Positions 20,073-28,178 of a stretch of DNA of 64,000 bases are shown here, in pieces. Numbering within the stretch: position 1 is the first letter of the stretch; each line of letters opens with the position of its first letter. The stretch spans positions 3,072,001 through 3,136,000 of the forward strand of contig CBDCDZ010000004.1 in the NCBI GenBank assembly GCA_965215565.1. Reading direction: 5' to 3'. The notes under the pieces are model-generated. The model was given only the letters and a program-made list of their open reading frames with translations. It was not told the origin of the DNA and searched no databases. The translations under genes were made by a program, and so were the position numbers. Source of the stretch: Trueperaceae bacterium (GTDB taxonomy: Bacteria; Deinococcota; Deinococci; Deinococcales; Trueperaceae).

Positions 20073-20798
20073 TCAACTTCCATAGAGCGTGAGACCCGCC
20101 TCCAGCGCCACTTCCACCATCTCGCTCACGCTACGTTTTAACACGTCCGGCTCGACGAACTGCGGGTCGCCGATGTAGTTTGAGGCGACTAAGGCGCAGC
20201 CCGTTTCGACTTTGCGCAGTTTGCCGAGCAAGAAGAGCGCCGACGCTTCCATCTCCACGCCCAAGATGCCCCGCGCCGCCAACCTCTCGACATCATCCGG
20301 CGTCGTGCCGTAAAAAGCGTCCTCGGTTTGAATCAGCCCGACATGGAGGTTTCTGTCCGCGAGGTTTTTACCCTCTCCAGCTTGGGCTAAAGCCCGCGTT
20401 ACGCTGAAAGACGCAGCGGGCGCGTAGGGGTCGCCACCTAAGTACATCCGTGTCGTGCCGTCTTGCGGCACGGACGCGGTTGCGACGATGAGGTCGCCGG
20501 GCTCGACCTCTTGGCTAATGATGCCCGAGGTGCCCACCCGTACGAGCGTTTTCGCCCCGAGCCTGACCAACTCTTCAACGACGATAGCTAGGCTCGGACA
20601 GCCCATCCCTGTTGTCTGTACGGAGACGGGCATCCCTTTATACGTACCCGTGTAACCCAGAAGCTGGCGGTAGTCGTTGTAGCGTTTAGGCGCATCAAAG
20701 AACGTTTCGGCGATGAAAGTCGCTCGGTCAGGGTCGCCCGGTAAGAGGACGAAGGGGGCGACGTCGCCGGGCTCGGCTTGAATGTGAAGCTGACTCAT
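20073..20798 (-). CDS. Purine/uridine nucleoside phosphorylase (PNP_UDP_1)
   Basis: LPGDPDRA, GMGCPS, RVGT and VEMEASALF motifs; leaderless TATGCT start. Confidence 0.88.
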   Translation of the reverse strand: MSQLHIQAEPGDVAPFVLLPGDPDRATFIAETFFDAPKRYNDYRQLLGYTGTYKGMPVSVQTTGMGCPSLAIVVEELVRLGAKTLVRVGTSGIISQEVEPGDLIVATASVPQDGTTRMYLGGDPYAPAASFSVTRALAQAGEGKNLADRNLHVGLIQTEDAFYGTTPDDVERLAARGILGVEMEASALFLLGKLRKVETGCALVASNYIGDPQFVEPDVLKRSVSEMVEVALEAGLTLYGS

Positions 20799-20875
20799 CG
20801 GGGGAGAGCATAACACCTGACAGTCATCCGAACGTGCGCTGCCAAACTGAGTTTGCCGTTTTCTATAACCTGATA

Positions 20876-20999
20876 AAGGAGAGGTTGAGATGTGTTAGGT
20901 GGGAACAAGTAGTCAGATATCAGAATTCAGTAGGTTTTCATGCTGACTACTGTCTACTGACTACTCGTTCCCTCAAGCAGCGAACCTAACATCCTCCTT
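20876..20999. repeat. Long imperfect hairpin containing heptamer element family B (20908-20965)
   Basis: Nested pairs AAGGAG/CTCCTT, TGTTAGGT/ACCTAACA, GGGAAC/GTTCCC and AGTAGTCAG/CTGACTACT; the inner part matches the reverse complement of 49521-49578. Confidence 0.65.
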
Positions 21000-21164
21000 C
21001 CGAAAGGACCTTTCAAGACATGCTGCGACACTGCAGGCATCATCTTGTAACGTGCGTGCCAAACTCTTCACTTCATCCACTACGGGCGTCCGTTGCTAGA
21101 TGATACCTACCGCAAAGATGAATAATCCACGTCCACGCCGAAACCCCTCTGTTACACTTTCTGA

Positions 21165-21527
21165 GTGCAAGACCTCGACCAAATCCTCGCTTACCTCGTC
21201 AACCACGTAGACGGTGCACTCTCGGCTGCCGTCGGCGGGATGGATGGTCTCATCATCGAGCAGTACGCCGCCGATGAACGTGACCTTACCGCTGTCGCCG
21301 CCGAGCAAACGAGCCTGCTCTCGTTTAGCCAGAGCGCGTATTCAAAGGCGTTGGAGGGGGGCAGTCTCAGAGAGGTCATCGTTTCGGCGGACGAAGTCGT
21401 GGGCTACACGCGCCTCTTGGGAGATGACCTTTTCTGTTTGGTCGTGCTGAGCGCCTCGGGCAACTTAGGCAAGGCGCGGCTCTACAGCGAGCAAGTGAGC
21501 GGCGCGATTCGTGAGGTGCTCTTATGA
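21165..21527 (+). CDS. Roadblock/LC7 (MglB-like) protein 1
   Basis: VDGALSAAVGGMDGLII...GNLGKARL. Confidence 0.8.
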   Translation: MQDLDQILAYLVNHVDGALSAAVGGMDGLIIEQYAADERDLTAVAAEQTSLLSFSQSAYSKALEGGSLREVIVSADEVVGYTRLLGDDLFCLVVLSASGNLGKARLYSEQVSGAIREVLL

Positions 21528-21883
21528 CCCTGAAAGAAGCGCTCAACCCGCTTTTAATGTTAGACGGTCTCGTCACGCTGGCAGTGCTGGCGGACGACGG
21601 GCTGCCCGTCGAGGTCATCGGTTACGACAACTCGGACGCTTTTGCTGCCGAGCTTGCGACGGTGGCGAAGGTAGCGCGGCAGGGGTTTAAGTCGCTCGAG
21701 CTAGGTTCCGCCAGCCGCGTGTGTGTGTCCCTTGAAGACTTAGAAGCGTTCGTTGTGCCGCTAGAAAGCCACGTGCTTGTGGCAGTCTTTGAGCAGAAGG
21801 ACAGCGCGGCGGCGGCGCAGCTTATCGGCAAGACCAAAGCGCAGCTAGAGAGCGCTTTAGGAGCAACCTATGAACTTAGCTGA
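21524..21883 (+). CDS. Roadblock/LC7 protein 2
   Basis: LAVLADDGLPV motif; ATGA overlap with the previous gene. Confidence 0.72.
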   Translation: MTLKEALNPLLMLDGLVTLAVLADDGLPVEVIGYDNSDAFAAELATVAKVARQGFKSLELGSASRVCVSLEDLEAFVVPLESHVLVAVFEQKDSAAAAQLIGKTKAQLESALGATYELS

Positions 21884-22238
21884 GCTACTCAATGAAGCGC
21901 TCACCATCAAGGGTGTAACGAGCGCGGCCGTCGTCGCGCAGGACGGCAAACTCGTTGAGGGAGCCTCCAACAGCGGGCAAGACCTGAGCTTTGTAGGCGG
22001 GCTCATCACGAGCGGGATGGCGTCCAGCCGCGTCTTAGCCGAACTCTTGGGCGAAGGTGAAATCACCCAGACGATGATCGAATTTGACGAAGGACCAGTG
22101 CTCATTACACCTCTAGGTAATTCAGCGGGCGAAGGCTACGTTGCAGTCGTTACGATGGGCTCGGCGAGCGATATGGGGCGGGCGCGTTTTGGCTTGCGCA
22201 AGCTGTTGCCGCAGTTGGCGGAGGCAGTGGCGGCTTAG
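21870..22238 (+). CDS. Roadblock/LC7 protein 3
   Basis: GVTSAAVVAQDGKLVE...QTMIEFDEG...MGRAR. Confidence 0.8.
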   Translation: MNLAELLNEALTIKGVTSAAVVAQDGKLVEGASNSGQDLSFVGGLITSGMASSRVLAELLGEGEITQTMIEFDEGPVLITPLGNSAGEGYVAVVTMGSASDMGRARFGLRKLLPQLAEAVAA

Positions 22239-22260
22239 GTACGCGGCTTTTGAAGTTTGA

Positions 22261-22291
22261 GAGGTGAGGACACATCCTCACCTCGTTTTTT
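22261..22291 (+). terminator. Intrinsic terminator
   Basis: GAGGTGAGGA-CACA-TCCTCACCTC followed by a T-tract. Confidence 0.85.
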
Positions 22292-22447
22292 GTTTGGGGT
22301 CGTACCACATTTTGCCTGTGAAATTACGCAGAGCCCATAATAAAGACGATTGACTCTTCACGACTACGCCAAACGGGACACTTTATATAGCTCAATCTCT
22401 TTTTTGAACGTCGCACCATCATCTCTTCTAGTGAGTGAGCGTACGGC

Positions 22448-22476
22448 GTAGGAGTGGGGTTCAAACCCACCCCTAC
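22448..22476. repeat. GTAG-type REP-like palindrome
   Basis: GTAGGAGTGGGGTTCAAACCCACCCCTAC: GTAG head and imperfect hairpin. Confidence 0.55.
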
Positions 22477-22581
22477 AACATTTGCCTCTGTGCGTGACTT
22501 TTCTGGCGTGATCTATCAATTTCCTTTGATGATTTTGTAGTGGTTAAGGGATTCTCGAGCCGCTCGAGCCCCATTTCTAAT

Positions 22582-23958
22582 CTAATCCGCCCCCGCTGAC
22601 GCCTCCATCAAGTTGTCACTAAGAGCTTTGCCCGTCGGATTCTGATTCATGAGGAGCGCCGCGACGCCCGCCACCGCCAAACTCACCGCGTATACGCTGA
22701 GCGCGAGAGGTAATGAGAGCGTGAGCAGATAGCCGCCTAAAGGCGCGGCGAAGATACCCGCCGCTCGAGCCATCGCTCCAGCCCAACCCATACCCGTCGC
22801 CCGGACTTCGGTTGGATAGGTTTCGGGCGTATAGGCGTAGAGTGCGCCCCACGCGCCGAGCAGCGAAAAGCTCAAGAGCATACTGCCGCCCACGATGAGC
22901 ACCGAAGAGGTGGCGAGCGCGAACATCATACTGGCGGCGGCGCTGCCGAAGAGGAAGACGGCTAAAGTATTGCGCCTACCGATGCGCTCCAAGAGGTAGG
23001 CCGAAAGCGCGTAACCTGGTAGCTGCGCGAGCGCTAAGAGGACGAGATAGCCGTAACCTCTGACGAACTCAAAACCTTCTTCCACGAAGATGCGCGGCAA
23101 CCAAGTAAAAATACCGTAGTAGCCGAGCGAAAGCCCAAACCACATGATTGAAAAGAGCAGCGTGCGCCGCCGCAAGACGCCGCTAAAAAGCGCGGCTGTC
23201 GTTGAGGTGACGGTGCGCTTTTGGACGTGCAAGTCCCCTATCTCGACCTCGACGCGGTTGATATCAGCGACCTTTTGCAGGACCTCTTTCGCCTCTTCCT
23301 TGCGCCCCGTCAGCAAGAGGTAGCGCGGCGACTCGGGGACCCAGAGTCGCAAGAAGAAGCCGAGCAAGCCCGGTAACGCCGAAATCGCAAAGAGCCAACG
23401 CCACCCCGTGTCGGGCAGCGCAGGCACAATGCCCCACGCGATGAGCGCAATCAGGAGCGTGCCGAGCGCCCAGAACGCCTCCAAATACACCAAAAACCGC
23501 CCCCGCACCTTGCTCGGCAGATACTCCGCCATCACCGCGTAATCTACGGGCAGCGTGCCACCTACGGCTGCGCCTGTAAGGAAGCGGAACACGAGCAAGA
23601 ACAAGAGGTTGGGCGAGAACGCCGAGAGTAGCCCGAACACCGCGTCGAGCAAAACGGTCAGCAGAAAGATGCGTCTGCGCCCGAACCTATCTGCTAACAC
23701 ACCAAAGCCCCACGCTCCGACGAGCATCCCGCCGAAGAATGCCGAGCCGACAAAGCCCGCTTGCGTCCCTGAAATGCCTAGTCCTACAATCAGCGAAGGA
23801 ATCGCGAAGCCCAGAATCAAGACTTCCATCGCGTCCGTCGCCCAGACCAGACCGTTGATGCCTAAAAGCCGCCACTGAAAGCGCCCTAAGCCGATGCGCT
23901 CGATGGCGTCGTCTACAGTTGTAGCAGGTCTAGCGGGAGCGGGACCACGCGACTTCAT
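22582..23958 (-). CDS. MFS transporter (SV2/NiaP-like, aromatic acid/sugar porter group)
   Basis: IGLGRFQW, DAMEV, LADRFGRR, PESPRYL and PETYPTEVRATG motifs. Confidence 0.9.
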   Translation of the reverse strand: MKSRGPAPARPATTVDDAIERIGLGRFQWRLLGINGLVWATDAMEVLILGFAIPSLIVGLGISGTQAGFVGSAFFGGMLVGAWGFGVLADRFGRRRIFLLTVLLDAVFGLLSAFSPNLLFLLVFRFLTGAAVGGTLPVDYAVMAEYLPSKVRGRFLVYLEAFWALGTLLIALIAWGIVPALPDTGWRWLFAISALPGLLGFFLRLWVPESPRYLLLTGRKEEAKEVLQKVADINRVEVEIGDLHVQKRTVTSTTAALFSGVLRRRTLLFSIMWFGLSLGYYGIFTWLPRIFVEEGFEFVRGYGYLVLLALAQLPGYALSAYLLERIGRRNTLAVFLFGSAAASMMFALATSSVLIVGGSMLLSFSLLGAWGALYAYTPETYPTEVRATGMGWAGAMARAAGIFAAPLGGYLLTLSLPLALSVYAVSLAVAGVAALLMNQNPTGKALSDNLMEASAGAD

Positions 23959-24069
23959 CTGGTCAAAGCCAATCTCACGTTAGAAAACAGTACCGAGCAC
24001 TCACTTTCAGTGATGATACCTGCGTGGCTCGAGCTTACTTGAGTTAAAAAACCTTGTAGCGCTTTTGTT

Positions 24070-24196
24070 GTCATCTTTTTCCCTCATAGGAGAATGTGCC
24101 GCCTACCCAAACATTCCAAAGAATGTCAGACGGCGGGGTGAAGGTCTCAAAAAAGCAATTAGAGACCAAGAGGTAAGCCTACCTGGAAAAGATGAC
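24070..24196 (-). ncRNA. Candidate structured RNA / 5' leader (multi-branch) upstream of the MFS gene
   Basis: Closing helix GTCATCTTTT(T)CC/GGAAAAGATGAC encloses at least three hairpins; mismatches on + become G-U pairs on -. Confidence 0.45.
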
Positions 24197-24418
24197 CGCT
24201 AAGTTTTCGTGAACATGTTGGGCTCCCATTGTTTTGACATTCCACTGCTGGTGGCCGATTGGGTAACGCCTTTGGACTTGCGTTCAAGTCCTTGCTCAGC
24301 AGAGGGCGCGGTGAAGCGCAAAATCATTATACGTTGTTTGAAGAGGTGGGGGTGTCGCTCGAGCTTAGAAGTTCATTTTCTCTAAACCTCGAGCCAAAAC
24401 CATGTCACAATACGCTCT

Positions 24419-24877
24419 ACGAAACTCGCCGAAGCTCTCATCCTCCGCGCCGACTATCAAAAACGTGCTGAGCAACTCAGGGGCAGAATTGTTAGCAATG
24501 CGAAGGTACAAGAAGGTGATACGCCCTCGGAAGACCCGAATAGGCTCTTGCAGGAGCTTGATGACCTCTCGAGCGGTCTTACTGACCTTATTCAGCGCAT
24601 CAACAAGACGAACTCTGAAACGAGCTACGAGGGGGGTAAAACGCTGACGGACGCGCTAGCTGAACGCGACGTGTTATCTCTCAAGCGTAAAATCTACAGC
24701 GAACTTGCGAAAGCGGCGTCGGTCACGCAAACACGCTACAGCAAATCAGAGGTCAAATTCAGAAGTACGGTGGAGGTCTCGAGTATCCAAAAGCAAGTGG
24801 ATGACATGTCGAAGGCGTACCGCGAGATGGACGCACAGATTCAGGCGCTCAACTGGGCGACTGACTTGTTAGAATAA
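24419..24877 (+). CDS. DIP1984-family coiled-coil protein; start codon reads ACG
   Basis: In-frame (M)KLAEALILRADYQKRAEQLRGRIVSNAKVQEGDTPSEDP...RINKTN...LAERD...RYSKSE.K...IQALNW..L, the family signature (152 aa). Confidence 0.85.
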   Translation, partial: TKLAEALILRADYQKRAEQLRGRIVSNAKVQEGDTPSEDPNRLLQELDDLSSGLTDLIQRINKTNSETSYEGGKTLTDALAERDVLSLKRKIYSELAKAASVTQTRYSKSEVKFRSTVEVSSIQKQVDDMSKAYREMDAQIQALNWATDLLE

Positions 24878-24878
24878 C

Positions 24879-25098
24879 GAAAAGCGCGTTGGTAACGAGC
24901 CAAGTTAAAGCGAGCACAGACCCGCCAACTGGGTAAGTTGGACTCCTGGGTTAGCGCAAGAGGCTGCGCTAGCAGGTTCAAATCCTGCTCCTTATAGTTT
25001 TGCCTAGCAAAGTCACAAGGGCACAGGGCAACGTAACTGTGACAACCGTGTGCTGATTAACTCGAGCTGGTGAGGGTGGGTAAGGGGATGCGTTTTTC
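24879..25098 (+). ncRNA. Candidate ~220-nt structured RNA with a tRNA-like T-arm
   Basis: 12-bp end-to-end helix, several nested helices, and GCAGG-TTCAAAT-CCTGC T-arm at 24972-24988. Confidence 0.65.
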
Positions 25099-25128
25099 CG
25101 TTCGATAGTTTATCTAGCTTATTCTAAT

Positions 25129-25884
25129 TTAACTCGCCGTCCACCCCAAATCCATCGTCTGCGCCGTCCCCGTAATCCCCCACGCCCCTTCTGAGCAGAG
25201 GTACGAGACGTACCCACCGACGTCTTCGGGCTCTAAGAGCTTTTTAATCGCGGTGTGCTCCAAAAGCACCTTCTCCTCGACCTCTTCGGGTCTGATACCT
25301 CTTGTCTTCGCTTGGTCTTCAATCTGCTTTTCAACCAAAGGCGTTCGCACGTAGGCGGGACAGACCGTATTACACGTCACGCCGTGCTCGCCGCCCTCTA
25401 AAGCCGCCACCTTCGTAAAGCCCATCAGCCCGTGCTTCGCCGTGATATAGGCAACCTTATAAGGGCTCGCCACCAGCGAATGCGCACTGCCGATATTGAC
25501 GATGCGCCCGTGCCCCGACTTGATGAGGTACTCCCAAGCGTATTTGCTGAGCAAGAAGGGCGCGGTAAGCATGAGCGACAGCATGTCGTCCCAAGTGTCT
25601 TCAGGAAAGTCGGGGATGGGGTCAATATTTTGAAAGCCCGCGTTGTTGACCAAGATGTCGAGACCCTCATAATGTTCAACGGTTTTGTCCACCGCCTCTT
25701 TGCACCCCTCGCGGCTCGTGAGGTCTGAACTGATGAAAATGCCGTCGAGTTCATTCGCGACCTCTTGCCCTTTTTCTTCGTCGATGTCGGCGATAGCTAT
25801 CTTGATGCCGTCTTTACTAAGCGCTTCGGCGCAGGCTTTACCGATGCCGCTCGAGCCCCCCGTAATCAGTGCAATGCGTGTCAT
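25129..25884 (-). CDS. bdhA: 3-hydroxybutyrate dehydrogenase (SDR)
   Basis: [28 protein letters not shown] and [10 protein letters not shown] motifs; GGAGG RBS. Confidence 0.85.
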   Translation of the reverse strand: MTRIALITGGSSGIGKACAEALSKDGIKIAIADIDEEKGQEVANELDGIFISSDLTSREGCKEAVDKTVEHYEGLDILVNNAGFQNIDPIPDFPEDTWDDMLSLMLTAPFLLSKYAWEYLIKSGHGRIVNIGSAHSLVASPYKVAYITAKHGLMGFTKVAALEGGEHGVTCNTVCPAYVRTPLVEKQIEDQAKTRGIRPEEVEEKVLLEHTAIKKLLEPEDVGGYVSYLCSEGAWGITGTAQTMDLGWTAS

Positions 25885-26090
25885 TTTGCCTCCCAAGTAG
25901 AGTAACGAACGTCACTAGGTTTTACCATGAGGAGCCAGTCAGCTTGTCAGCACTTCAGCTAGTTTCGTTCCGAAAACTTTGTAACAGGAAAACCTTTGAA
26001 CCTGAAATGCTGAGACGCTTCTCTCCGTGTTCCAAATTCCAGCCCCATTACGTTCGCCGCGCTATTCTACCTCTTTGGGAGTTGAGCGCC

Positions 26091-27167
26091 TTGACCATCA
26101 CCGATGACGAAACAACCGAATTCCCTGCTTTGCAAGGTTTCGCCATGCCCGCTGAGTGGACCTCTCACGCGGCGACTTGGACGAGTTGGCCCTTTGACGA
26201 TGACTTGTGGGAAGGGCATTTAGAGGGCGTGCGCGAGGAGTTCGCGCAACTTGTAGCGACGATGGCGCGGTTTGAGAGCGTTGTGCTCAACGTGCGAGAC
26301 GAAGAGGTTGAAAGGGATGCGCGTCGGCGTTTGGAACAGACTGAAAACAGTTTACATAACATCACCTTTCACCGCGTCCCCCTCAACGACGTGTGGTTTC
26401 GCGATAACGGGCCGTTATTCGTCAAAAACGCTGAGGGTAAAGTGGCGCTAACCGATTGGACCTTCAACGCTTGGGGCGAGAAGTATGCGCCTTGGGATGA
26501 CGATAACCGTGCGCCGCAAAAAGTAGCTGAGACGCTCGAGATGAAGAGGTTCGTGTTACCGCAAGTGATGGAAGGGGGCGCGTTAGAACTCAATGCTCAA
26601 GGCGTCTGCCTCACCACGCGCTCGTGCTTACTTTCGCAACACCGCAACCCGAATATGACGCAGAGCGAGATTGAGCGGGTGCTACGTGACGCGCTCGGTA
26701 TTTCGCATCTGATTTGGTTAGAAGCAGGCTTAGAAGGCGACCACACCGACGGTCACATCGACACGATCGTGCGCTTTACCAACGACCGAATGATTATCTG
26801 CTCCGTGGAAGAGGACGAAGACGACCCAAATTTTATGACAATGCAGCACAACCTCTCGCTGCTGCAAACATTACGAGATAGTGCAGGAGATTCTTATAAA
26901 ATTGTTCAACTACCTCTTCCCAAAAAGCGCATGGAGCTTAACGGCGTGCGCTTGCCTCTAACGTACGCCAACTTCTATATCGGCAACGGCTTCGTGGTTG
27001 TCCCCGTTTACGACGACGCGAACGACGAGGGAGCACTCGACATTTTGCGACCTCTCTTCCCCGACCGAGAGGTCATCGGCCTAAAGGCGACGAGCCTCAT
27101 CACGGGCGGCGGCGCGTTTCACTGCGTGACGCAGCAGCAGCCGGAGGGAGAAATTTGTGGCGGCTAA
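26091..27167 (+). CDS. aguA: Agmatine deiminase
   Basis: MPAEW..H, DVWFRDNGP, EGG, DHTDGHID and GGGAFHCVTQQQP motifs; TTG start after GGGAG inferred. Confidence 0.92.
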   Translation: MTITDDETTEFPALQGFAMPAEWTSHAATWTSWPFDDDLWEGHLEGVREEFAQLVATMARFESVVLNVRDEEVERDARRRLEQTENSLHNITFHRVPLNDVWFRDNGPLFVKNAEGKVALTDWTFNAWGEKYAPWDDDNRAPQKVAETLEMKRFVLPQVMEGGALELNAQGVCLTTRSCLLSQHRNPNMTQSEIERVLRDALGISHLIWLEAGLEGDHTDGHIDTIVRFTNDRMIICSVEEDEDDPNFMTMQHNLSLLQTLRDSAGDSYKIVQLPLPKKRMELNGVRLPLTYANFYIGNGFVVVPVYDDANDEGALDILRPLFPDREVIGLKATSLITGGGAFHCVTQQQPEGEICGG

Positions 27168-28044
27168 TAAAAGCGTGAGGTTGGCCGTCGTTCAGATGGC
27201 GTGCTCGGATGACTTGGCGGCGAACCTCTCGAAAGCTGAAGGCATGGTGCGCGAGGCGGCGGGTAACGGCGCGAACATCGTTTTGCTGCAAGAACTCTTC
27301 GAGAGTTTGTACTTTCCGCAGTTGGAGCGCGAAGACCTCTTCGCCTTAGCGCATCCGGTTGAAGGACATCCTTTCTTAGAGAGATTTGGCACACTCGCGG
27401 GTGAGTTGGGCGTCGTTCTCCCCGTCTCCTTTTTCGAGAAAGCCAATCAGACTTATTTCAACTCGCTGATGATGTTCGACGCGGACGGGTCGAACCTGGG
27501 CGTCTACCGCAAGAGCCACATCCCCGACGGTCCTGGCTACGAGGAGAAGTACTACTTCAACGTGGGTGACACGGGCTTCAAGGCGTGGCGCACCTGGTTT
27601 GGGACGATTGGCGTGGCGATCTGTTGGGACCAGTGGTTTCCCGAGGCGGCGCGCGCGATGGCGCTGCAAGGGGCGGACCTCTTGCTCTACCCGACGGCGA
27701 TAGGCTCGGAGCCGCAAGAAGCAGGGGGGCTAGAAACGCCGCCCCTCGAGACCAAGGCGATGTGGCAGCGGGCGATGGTGGGGCACGCCGTGTCGAACTC
27801 GTGCTACGTCGCGGCGGCGAACCGGGTGGGAACAGAAGGGGACGCGACTTTTTACGGCGGCTCGTTCGTGAGCGATTACATGGGTGAAATGCTCGCCGAA
27901 GCGGACGAGGCGTCTGAGACGATCATCTACGCTGACCTCAATTTTGCCAAGGCGCAGACCTTTCGGGCGGGCTTCGGGTTTTTTAGAGACCGGAGACCGG
28001 AGCTTTATCGGCGCTTGCTGAGCTTAGACGGCGAACTCAAATAG
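27157..28044 (+). CDS. aguB: N-carbamoylputrescine amidase
   Basis: LQELF, YRKSHIPDGPGYEEKYYF, ICWDQWFPE and YPTAIGSEP motifs. Confidence 0.93.
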   Translation: MAANKSVRLAVVQMACSDDLAANLSKAEGMVREAAGNGANIVLLQELFESLYFPQLEREDLFALAHPVEGHPFLERFGTLAGELGVVLPVSFFEKANQTYFNSLMMFDADGSNLGVYRKSHIPDGPGYEEKYYFNVGDTGFKAWRTWFGTIGVAICWDQWFPEAARAMALQGADLLLYPTAIGSEPQEAGGLETPPLETKAMWQRAMVGHAVSNSCYVAAANRVGTEGDATFYGGSFVSDYMGEMLAEADEASETIIYADLNFAKAQTFRAGFGFFRDRRPELYRRLLSLDGELK

Positions 28045-28178
28045 TTCCGTAAGCCCCCAGCCTGAAGCGACGCTCGAGCACTCGCAACACAGTTGTCTAT
28101 AAAATTTTCGTCTTTTCTAGGTGAGAAAAAAATGTAGGAAACTTCACTTCTCATCATTTATTTGTTACACTGCTCACG

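Noticed and set aside
24126..24146. FMN riboswitch-like GGCGGGGTGAA
   Set aside because: The following conserved ATTCCC.ACCGGCGGT segment is absent and the strand is opposite to the adjacent transporter.
24402..24647. 81-aa ATG ORF overlapping the DIP1984 gene
   Set aside because: Out of frame with the conserved family sequence; shadow ORF.
24945..24997. tRNA gene suggested by GGTTCAAATCC
   Set aside because: No anticodon arm, no 7-bp acceptor stem and no CCA; treated as a tRNA-like domain of a larger RNA.
25869..26090. 74-codon N-terminal extension of aguA
   Set aside because: Overlaps the divergent gene start and intergenic region; family homology starts near 26091-26145.
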